Below are positions 56,844 to 64,000 of a DNA stretch of 64,000 nucleotides, piece after piece. Where the stretch lies: positions 44,159 to 108,158 of the forward strand of contig JAWAZZ010000001.1 of NCBI GenBank assembly GCA_038997305.1. Direction: 5' to 3'. The notes under the pieces were generated by a model that saw nothing but the letters and a program-made list of their open reading frames with translations, made no database searches and was not told the origin of the DNA. A program made the position numbers and the translations under genes. The DNA is from Candidatus Aenigmatarchaeota archaeon (GTDB lineage Archaea > Aenigmatarchaeota > Aenigmatarchaeia > CG10238-14 > SpSt-28). How positions within the stretch are numbered: position 1 is the stretch's first letter; every line of letters starts with the position of its first letter.

Positions 56844-58214
56844 ATGAAAATAAATATGATGAAAAGAGGTATAATATCATTAATTTTAATAATTTTTGTA
56901 TTTAACCTATTGATAGTAAAATCTTTAGATTCTTCTTCTGTTTTTGTGGATGTACAAAGATATGTGAGAGCTGTTGCTGGAGATACATTAAAAATACCTA
57001 TAAAAATTACAAATCCTTTAAACTCTGATGTAAAAGTTTTTCTAAGTCTTTTTCCACCATATTTTGAAGGTATATCTGCTTATATAGAGAACAATGAAAT
57101 ATTGGTAAAGGCAAATTCTCAAGCTTCCACAAATTTAATAATAAAAATACCAATAACTTCTAAAGAAAGAATAGTAACTTATAAAATATTTGTAGAGTAT
57201 TATCATCCAGTATTTGGAAAAACTTTGGATATATATGAATTTTCTTTAGAAGTTTCGATAAAAAATGAAATAATTGTTGAAGATTTCGGAATTAATAATC
57301 AGATTTTAAAACCAGGTGACGAACTAAACATTTATGTAAAGTTTAGAAATTTGAAGGATTATGCATCAAATGTTAAGGTTGTTTTGCAAAAATTATATGA
57401 ATCAAAAACTTTAGTCAGTGAAAAAGAATATAGTATAAATGTTCTTTCTTTTTCTACAGAAACATTTACATATAATGAAGATATAACTCTTTATACAGTT
57501 CCTGGAAAATATTCTTATGTGATAAACTCTTATGATGAAGCTAATAAACTTATTTCGAAATTAGTTTTTGACGTAGAGGTAAAAGAGGTTAGAAATGTTA
57601 CTAAAGTAGTTAATACAGAACAAACATTTTGGGAGTATAAGATTACTGTTCAACTAAAAAACAATGGAAATGTTGAGGAAAGTATTAAATTAGAGGAGAA
57701 AATACCGACAATTTTAAGATATTTTACTGTTTTTAAAGATTTACAACCAGAAATAAGTGGAGATATTGCAATATGGAACATTAATTTAAAACCTGGAGAA
57801 GAAGTAAAGTTTTCATATTCAATCCTTTATTGGATACCAATTTCAGTAATCTCTTTAATAGCATTACTTGTTTTTATGTTTTTCTTTTTCTTCTATTTAG
57901 TTCCAATATATACTAAAAAGGTTGAGAAACAAGAGGAAATGTATAAGATTAAGTTGGTAATTAAAAATAGAAAGAACAAAAAGATGAAAAATATAGAGAT
58001 TAAAGATTTTGTACCATCTTTATTTTCTATAGTTTCTTTTGAAACTTTAAAGCCAATTATTAAGAAAACTAAAGATGGGTACGAACTAACATGGAAGATT
58101 AGAGAGTTAAAACCAAGAGAGGAAATAATAATTTCTTATACTGTTAAGCCTCTTGTTGAAATTATTGGAGAAGTAAAGTTTTCAAAACCAAAAATAAAGT
58201 ATGTATTAAGATAA
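56844..58214 (+). CDS. secreted protein with membrane anchor near the C-terminus (cell-surface, function unknown)
   Basis: Signal peptide MKINMMKRGIISLILIIFVFNLLIV and TM WIPISVISLIALLVFMFFFFFYLVP. Start moved to an ATG downstream of the nitroreductase stop. Confidence 0.5.
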   Translation: MKINMMKRGIISLILIIFVFNLLIVKSLDSSSVFVDVQRYVRAVAGDTLKIPIKITNPLNSDVKVFLSLFPPYFEGISAYIENNEILVKANSQASTNLIIKIPITSKERIVTYKIFVEYYHPVFGKTLDIYEFSLEVSIKNEIIVEDFGINNQILKPGDELNIYVKFRNLKDYASNVKVVLQKLYESKTLVSEKEYSINVLSFSTETFTYNEDITLYTVPGKYSYVINSYDEANKLISKLVFDVEVKEVRNVTKVVNTEQTFWEYKITVQLKNNGNVEESIKLEEKIPTILRYFTVFKDLQPEISGDIAIWNINLKPGEEVKFSYSILYWIPISVISLIALLVFMFFFFFYLVPIYTKKVEKQEEMYKIKLVIKNRKNKKMKNIEIKDFVPSLFSIVSFETLKPIIKKTKDGYELTWKIRELKPREEIIISYTVKPLVEIIGEVKFSKPKIKYVLR

Positions 58215-58229
58215 TAAATAATTATTTTT

Positions 58230-59435
58230 ATGCTTGAAAACATATTTTTTATTTTGGTTGACGGTCTAGCTGATTTAAAAAGAAAAGACACACCATTAAA
58301 ACTAGCAATTAAGCCTAATATTTCATCTATATTATCAAAGTCTATAGTTACAAAGTTTTGGCCATTAACTGAAAAAACATGGCCTAAAAGTGGATATGCG
58401 AGTGTTAGTCAGTATGCAAATTTCAGTATTTTAGGATATAATGTTTCGAAACTATATATTAAAAGAGGTGTTATTGAAGCAATCGGTAGCGATTTAGAAT
58501 ACAAAAATGGATGGTTAGCAATTAGAGTAGATTTTGGAAGTGTAGATGAAAATTTAATAGTGAAAGATAGAAGAGTTGGTAGGAATGTTTATGGTTTAGA
58601 TAAGTTAGTAGAAGATTTTAACAAAATAGATTTTGAAGTTCCATTTATCTTAAAGAGAACTTATGGACATAGAGGAGTTTTAATATTTAAAGAAAAGTTG
58701 AGTGATGAAATAACTAATAGTGATCCATTAGAAAATGGAAAAAGAGTAAACTTTGTATTACCAACGTCTAAAAAACTTTCAGCAAAAAAATCTGCTCAGA
58801 TTGTTCAAAAACTTTTGGAAAAGTTTTATGTTTTTGCTAAAAACCATCCAATAAACAAAAAAAGAAAAGAGCTTGGATTATTAGAGGCAAACTATTTATT
58901 AACTAGAGAAGCTGGAAATAAATTACCTAAAATACCTAATTTCTTTAAAAAATGGAAATTTAGGAATGGAGTAGTCATTGCAGAAAATGGAGTTATAAAA
59001 GGTAGCTGCAAAGTTGCCGGTTTTGATGCTATAAATGTTGAAGAAATGGATTTAGAAAATCAGTTCGATTTTATATTTAAAAAAGCTTTGGAGCTAAGAA
59101 AGAAATATCAAATAATTTACATGCATATTAAAGGTGCAGATGAAGCTGCGCATGATAAAGATTGCAAAAGAAAAAAGGAAGTTATAGAAATGCTTGATAA
59201 GTATGTAGGATATTTGTTAAATAATGCAAACTTTGAAAATAGCGCATTAGTAATTACTGGCGATCATATTACAGATTGCAATAGCGGAAAGCATGAGTTT
59301 GGTTTTGTGCCTATATTAATTTATAGTGAAAAAATCAAGGGAAATAACATGAAGAATTTTAGCGAAATAGATGCCTCGAAATCAAAAAAAGAATTTTATC
59401 CAAAAGATTTATGGAGCTTTCTTAAAAAACTATGA
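58230..59435 (+). CDS. apgM: 2,3-bisphosphoglycerate-independent phosphoglycerate mutase, archaeal type
   Basis: FFILVDGLADL N-terminus and VITGDHITDCNSGKHEFGFVPILIY. Confidence 0.8.
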   Translation: MLENIFFILVDGLADLKRKDTPLKLAIKPNISSILSKSIVTKFWPLTEKTWPKSGYASVSQYANFSILGYNVSKLYIKRGVIEAIGSDLEYKNGWLAIRVDFGSVDENLIVKDRRVGRNVYGLDKLVEDFNKIDFEVPFILKRTYGHRGVLIFKEKLSDEITNSDPLENGKRVNFVLPTSKKLSAKKSAQIVQKLLEKFYVFAKNHPINKKRKELGLLEANYLLTREAGNKLPKIPNFFKKWKFRNGVVIAENGVIKGSCKVAGFDAINVEEMDLENQFDFIFKKALELRKKYQIIYMHIKGADEAAHDKDCKRKKEVIEMLDKYVGYLLNNANFENSALVITGDHITDCNSGKHEFGFVPILIYSEKIKGNNMKNFSEIDASKSKKEFYPKDLWSFLKKL

Positions 59436-60607
59436 TAGTAAGAAATATTAACATTAGAGAAATTTTTTCTCATAATTTGAAAAGTACTATAGAGGTTGAA
59501 GTAGAAATTTCAAAAGGAAAGGTTAGTGCGAGCGTTCCGATAGGTACTAGCAAAAGTAAGTATGAAGTCGTTAATTTATCTACAGAAAAAGTTATTGAAA
59601 ACTTTCTGAAAATAAAAGATGAATTCAAAATGAAAGAATTTAAAACTTTTGAAGAAGTAGAGGAAGTAATTAAAAAGTATGACAATACTCCAAACTTAGA
59701 AAAAATTGGTGGAAATCTAGCATTGGGTATTTCTTTAGCAATGATTAAAGCTTTTGCTTTGCATGAAGATTTAGAGGTTTTTGAATATGTTTCTGATCAT
59801 TTTGGAGAAAAGCCAAAGATTCCTAAACCAGTTTGCAATGTTATTGGTGGTGGAAAACATTTTGGAGGTAGCGATTTCCAGGAATTTTTATTAATTGCGA
59901 AATCTCCTTACTTTAAGGAAGAAATAAAAAAAATTATAAATGCATATTTTAAGATTGCAGAGACTCTTAAAAAAGAAGATGCTAGCTTTAATTTTGGAAG
60001 AAACATAGAATCTGCTTGGGTAACTAACTTATCTACCAAAAAAATTTTAGAAATTCTTAATAGATTTTCGGATGAGCTTTTTTTGGGAATAGATGTCGCG
60101 GCATCTTCTTTCTATAGTCCAGAAAAAAATTTGTATGTTTTAGAAAAAGAAGGTTTAGAAATGAATAGAATTGAATATTTAGCTTATTTATTTGATTTAG
60201 TAAACGAATCTAAAATATTTTATATAGAAGATCCTTTTCATGAAGACGATTTTGTAAGTTTCTCTACTTTCTATTCTCATTTCTCTCAAAAATTAATAGT
60301 TGGTGATGATTTAATAGCTACGAACATAGAAAGATTAAAAAAAGCAGCGGAATTAAAATCTGTTAATGCCGTAATAGTTAAGCCAAATCAAGTTGGATTA
60401 ATTTCAAAGGTTGCTGAATTAGTAAGATTTGCAAAGAAGAATGATATTAAACTAGTTTTTTCTCATAGGAGTGGAGAAACAGAAGATGCAATTATTTGTC
60501 ATTTAGCAACTGGCTTTGGTGCTGATTATATTAAATTAGGAATTGCTGGAGAAAGAACTGTAAAAATTAATGAGATGTTAAGAATAGAGGAAAAGTTATT
60601 AGGGTAA
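59432..60607 (+). CDS. eno: enolase
   Basis: C-terminal SHRSGETEDAIICHLATGFGADYIKLG with N-terminal barrel-cap similarity. Adjacent to apgM. Confidence 0.8.
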   Translation: MIVRNINIREIFSHNLKSTIEVEVEISKGKVSASVPIGTSKSKYEVVNLSTEKVIENFLKIKDEFKMKEFKTFEEVEEVIKKYDNTPNLEKIGGNLALGISLAMIKAFALHEDLEVFEYVSDHFGEKPKIPKPVCNVIGGGKHFGGSDFQEFLLIAKSPYFKEEIKKIINAYFKIAETLKKEDASFNFGRNIESAWVTNLSTKKILEILNRFSDELFLGIDVAASSFYSPEKNLYVLEKEGLEMNRIEYLAYLFDLVNESKIFYIEDPFHEDDFVSFSTFYSHFSQKLIVGDDLIATNIERLKKAAELKSVNAVIVKPNQVGLISKVAELVRFAKKNDIKLVFSHRSGETEDAIICHLATGFGADYIKLGIAGERTVKINEMLRIEEKLLG

Positions 60608-61870
60608 GATATAGGTGTTGTTTTCATATGTTGGAACTATTGCATTAATGTTTCTTTCTTTTAATTCTTTTTCAAAGTTTTCTAAATTTTCTCCATGAAC
60701 TAAGAAAACAACTTTAGGGTTTACTTTTTCTATAAACTCTAATATTTCTTCTCTATCTGCATGAGCAGAAAATTCGAAAAGCTTATATTTACACTTAACT
60801 TTTTTGTTGAAACCATCTTTAGTTATTAATCTTCCTGTTTCTAATAACGTTCTTCCTACAGTTTTTTCTACTTGATAACAAGTTAAAAATATCGCAGAAT
60901 TTTCATCTTCTACAACATATCTTGCATAATAATCGGCAGGACCCCCTTCTAACATTCCAGAACCAGCAATAATGATTTTTGGCCCTTTTCTTTTAATAAT
61001 TTCTTTTCTTTGTGCTCTTCTTTTCACTTTTTTAACTTCTTTTATTGCTTTAATGAAATTTTTTCTGTCGTTAAGATAGTTTTCAAATTGTGAATATATT
61101 TTGTTAACTTCTATTATCATTCCATCCACATATATTTCGACCTGCTTGTGAAAATTATATTTTGCCAAGATCGATAAAATTTCTTGCGCTCTTCCAACAG
61201 CTAATGATGGTAATAATACTGTGCCATCTTTATCTAACACTTCTTTTATATCATTTACAAATTCTTTTTCTAATTTATTTCTGTCTGGCAAAACTCTGTA
61301 CCAATAAGTGCTTTCAGTGATTAATATGTCTGGATCTTTTTCTGGTAAAGAAGCACCAAATGTAAGGTTTGTTTCCTTTAGTTTGTAATCTCCGGTATAA
61401 ACTATTCTTTTTTCACCAACAATCATTTCTATCATGCTTGCGCCTAATATATGGCCGGCATCTATCAACTTAAAACTAAAGGTTTTTTTATCTAAAACCT
61501 TTTCATATGTTAAATTTCTAAATCTAGAAATTATTTTTTCGATATCGTTTTCATTAAAATATGTAATTATTCCCTTTCTTTTCAAAACTTTTAAGTTATC
61601 TTTTAACAAAATTTTTGTAATTTCTTTTGTAGGCCTTAGTGCATATATTTTTGGTCTGTTGTTTAAAAGTAAAGGCAATGAGCCACTATGATCTAGATGA
61701 GAATGTGAAAGAATTACATAGTCAACACTATTAACTTTTAGAGGTGGTTTTGGTGGGTTTTCAAAAACCTTTAATCCATAATCTAAAATTATTTTTTCTT
61801 TTTCTGTTTCTATTAGTATTCCACTATTTCCAATTTCGTTTAAAGCACCTAAAAACTTTATTTTTATCAT
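60599..61870 (-). CDS. metallo-beta-lactamase/beta-CASP family ribonuclease (aCPSF2-like)
   Basis: VDYVILSHSHLDHSGSLP (HxHxDH). Length 423 aa. Confidence 0.7.
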   Translation of the reverse strand: MIKIKFLGALNEIGNSGILIETEKEKIILDYGLKVFENPPKPPLKVNSVDYVILSHSHLDHSGSLPLLLNNRPKIYALRPTKEITKILLKDNLKVLKRKGIITYFNENDIEKIISRFRNLTYEKVLDKKTFSFKLIDAGHILGASMIEMIVGEKRIVYTGDYKLKETNLTFGASLPEKDPDILITESTYWYRVLPDRNKLEKEFVNDIKEVLDKDGTVLLPSLAVGRAQEILSILAKYNFHKQVEIYVDGMIIEVNKIYSQFENYLNDRKNFIKAIKEVKKVKRRAQRKEIIKRKGPKIIIAGSGMLEGGPADYYARYVVEDENSAIFLTCYQVEKTVGRTLLETGRLITKDGFNKKVKCKYKLFEFSAHADREEILEFIEKVNPKVVFLVHGENLENFEKELKERNINAIVPTYENNTYILP

Positions 61871-61882
61871 TCTAATATAATT

Positions 61883-62467
61883 ATGAACAACCTTAATAAA
61901 TTATTTATTTTTGTAATATTCTTAGCGATATTTTTTAGTTTTTATACATTTTCACATACTTTTTTGCCATATAGCTTTTCTACTAGAATTCCTCAAACTT
62001 TAAACACTAAATTAAATGAAGAGGTTATTTTCTATATAAATGTTAAGAACTTAGGGTTTTTAGGTGATGTATATAATATAACAATTAGCTCAAATAGCTT
62101 AGATATATATGTTAGTCCAACTAACTATTCAATATCGTTAGAGGCAAATCAAGAAGGTACTATACCTATAAGATTAATTTCTTATAGTAGTTTTCAAGGC
62201 AGAAGAATTGAGATTAAGGTTTGCAGTAATGGCTTGACTAATAACTATGGAGAAAAAATACAAGATTGTTCTAAAGAGGAATGTTATTTGCAAGAAGGCT
62301 ATACATGTATAAGAGGTTATTTGAGTTTTTTAGTTTCTTCTTTTTCTTTGGGAAGCTTTTCTAACGAAATGTTTATAATATCTCTTCTATTTTTTGCAAT
62401 ATTTGTGATTTTGTTAAACTTTCTTTTAAATAGGCACCAGAAGCCTTTTTATGGCCGCCACCATTAA
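61883..62467 (+). CDS. secreted protein with C-terminal TM anchor
   Basis: Signal anchor FIFVIFLAIFFSFYTF and C-terminal MFIISLLFFAIFVILLNFLL. Confidence 0.45.
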   Translation: MNNLNKLFIFVIFLAIFFSFYTFSHTFLPYSFSTRIPQTLNTKLNEEVIFYINVKNLGFLGDVYNITISSNSLDIYVSPTNYSISLEANQEGTIPIRLISYSSFQGRRIEIKVCSNGLTNNYGEKIQDCSKEECYLQEGYTCIRGYLSFLVSSFSLGSFSNEMFIISLLFFAIFVILLNFLLNRHQKPFYGRHH

Positions 62468-63269
62468 AGAAAGACGCAATTTTTTGAACGTCAACATCTT
62501 TAAAGCTTCTTAGCTCTAATTTTGTGCCTTTCAAACCTCTATATATTATTAGAAGCATGTCAGCATCATACTTCGAATTTACATGTTCGTAAATTATATA
62601 TGGTGGAATGTTTTCTTTAATTTCTATTACAGCAATTTTTATGTTTTTAACTTGCTTTATCTCTAGTGAATTTTCAACGGTTTGTATGAAGTTTCCTTTT
62701 AAATTTTCGAATTCTAATATATAACTCTTTATTTCTTCGCTATTTATAAAATCACTAGGATTAACATCCAAAATTTTACTAACCTTTATTGATAAAATTC
62801 TATTATAAAGTTTACCATACTTTATTCTTAAGTAAGAAAAATAATCCCTTATTATTTTTGATGTTTCCGTTTTACAGTTGTTAGTATCGACTTCATTTAC
62901 TACATTAATCCAATCCGAATAAAAATTAAAATATTGGGCAACTAATTTTGCAGCGCTCTCTGAAGAACTATCTATTATTATTTCTGAGTTTTGAAAGTTT
63001 AAAATGTTGTTGTTTACATGATGATCTATCCAAACGACTTTTTTAAATAAAGTTGCAGAAACTTTTAATATTTCTTGCCTTATACTAAAATCAAAAAAAT
63101 AGATATTTTCATAGTTATCAATTTTGGATAAAGCTTTAAAAAACAAAGATTTTAAAGAGGTATTCGAAGAAAAATATATCTTTGATTTTCCATCTAAACT
63201 TTTTAAAGCTATAGCAGCACTTATTAATCCATCTAAATCGTTATGCGAAAATATTATGTTATTATACAT
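62373..63269 (-). CDS. DHH-family phosphoesterase (NrnA-like)
   Basis: FSHNDLDGLISAAIAL, WIDHHVNN (DHH) and GGGHKKASGA (GGGH) motifs. Confidence 0.7.
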   Translation of the reverse strand: MYNNIIFSHNDLDGLISAAIALKSLDGKSKIYFSSNTSLKSLFFKALSKIDNYENIYFFDFSIRQEILKVSATLFKKVVWIDHHVNNNILNFQNSEIIIDSSSESAAKLVAQYFNFYSDWINVVNEVDTNNCKTETSKIIRDYFSYLRIKYGKLYNRILSIKVSKILDVNPSDFINSEEIKSYILEFENLKGNFIQTVENSLEIKQVKNIKIAVIEIKENIPPYIIYEHVNSKYDADMLLIIYRGLKGTKLELRSFKDVDVQKIASFFNGGGHKKASGAYLKESLTKSQILQKIEEIL

Positions 63270-63276
63270 TAATAAA

Positions 63277-64000
63277 TTAAAACAATAATAAATAAACTTC
63301 TATAATAGCACCTATTAACAAGAGAAACACTCCAAATAAATAAAGCCTTATAGCATCGTTAAGTATGTATTTCGATTTAAATTTTTCTTTCATGAAATAC
63401 GAAGAAAGTATTAATCCTGAAAAACCTCCTATAAAATATGCTATAAACTCGAAGATTCCATGTGGCAAATAAGTTAAAAATCCCATTGGCAATGCAAAAA
63501 TTCCGAAACTTTCTTTTAACATTCCTATCGCAGAAGCTAAAACTGTAATATTCCAAACCAAAACTATTAAAAATCCACCATAAACAAAAGACAAAATAAA
63601 TGATAAAGTCAAAACAGAAAAATTATTTAAAAATATTTTTAAAAAAATGTCATTAACGAGAAAATTTCCCCTTATCTTATTTATGGTTTCTATTTGTTGT
63701 TTAAATATTTTTTCGGAAACATCTTTCGGAAGAATATAAAAGATAGATGTCAACCCAAAAACTAATCCAAAAAATATTATTAAAAAAGATTTTATGGTTT
63801 CATAGTGTCTTTCAAAAAAGCTCTTTCTAAATCTATATATTTCCTTTTTCATTTGAGATAATATAAGAGTTTTGAAGATTGGTGTAATTGCTACAGAAAT
63901 AAAAATTGCTATAAAAATTCCAGCATATTCTGTAAAAACGACATAAGAAATGTAAACGCTTATTATTGATATTATTGCAGAATAAAAAAATGCAATCCAA
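63277..64000 (-). CDS. polytopic membrane protein (partial; N-terminus beyond window end)
   Basis: The reading frame stays open upstream of the annotated ATG at 63852, right to the window edge (...WIAFFYSAIISIISVYISYVVFTEYAGIFIAIFISVAITPIFKTLILSQMKKEIYRF...). Confidence 0.5.
   Translation of the reverse strand, partial: WIAFFYSAIISIISVYISYVVFTEYAGIFIAIFISVAITPIFKTLILSQMKKEIYRFRKSFFERHYETIKSFLIIFFGLVFGLTSIFYILPKDVSEKIFKQQIETINKIRGNFLVNDIFLKIFLNNFSVLTLSFILSFVYGGFLIVLVWNITVLASAIGMLKESFGIFALPMGFLTYLPHGIFEFIAYFIGGFSGLILSSYFMKEKFKSKYILNDAIRLYLFGVFLLLIGAIIEVYLLLF

Overview
This is an AT-rich archaeal chromosome segment. Coding DNA looks about 25-30% GC by eye, while a 3.0-kb 23S rRNA and two tRNAs are strongly GC-rich, which suggests a thermophile. 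Housekeeping content is typically archaeal: Alba (partial at the window start), endonuclease V, tRNA-modification enzymes (MtaB-like methylthiotransferase, Taw1, Trm1, CCA-adding enzyme), a 23S rRNA with no 16S upstream and its own promoter and processing stem, RpoN/RpoK, ribosomal proteins L24, S9, L13 and L18e, aIF5A, ferredoxin, NMNAT, a Memo-like plus radical-SAM pair, a MinD-like ATPase, nitroreductase, ApgM, enolase, a beta-CASP RNase, a DHH phosphoesterase, a MacB/FtsX-type ABC transporter, cupin-type PGI, permeases, tRNA-Gly(CCC) and initiator tRNA-Met. The striking part is a roughly 30-kb block (13.5-43.8 kb) lying between the normally adjacent rps9 and rpoN genes. Almost every gene in it encodes a signal-peptide or TM-anchored, extremely cysteine-rich, modular extracytoplasmic protein. 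Domains seen include vWA, an EF-hand-bearing beta-propeller, a metzincin protease, a transglutaminase-like module, a metallophosphoesterase, Ig-like tandem repeats and an apparently new aromatic ~62-aa repeat module. The block also holds a TadC/FlaJ-like polytopic membrane protein, a canonical type IV prepilin-like protein and six small N-terminal-TM proteins. Modules are shuffled between genes, and some segments are nucleotide-identical; two paralogs share identical 5' and 3' ends but have unrelated middle domains. I read this as a candidate surface attachment or cell-cell interaction system of a small-genome, host-associated (Nanoarchaeota/DPANN-like) archaeon; the lineage and function are inference. 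No CRISPR array, integrase, transposase or reverse transcriptase was seen. Several ORF-track starts are TTG or GTG and were moved to plausible ATG starts.
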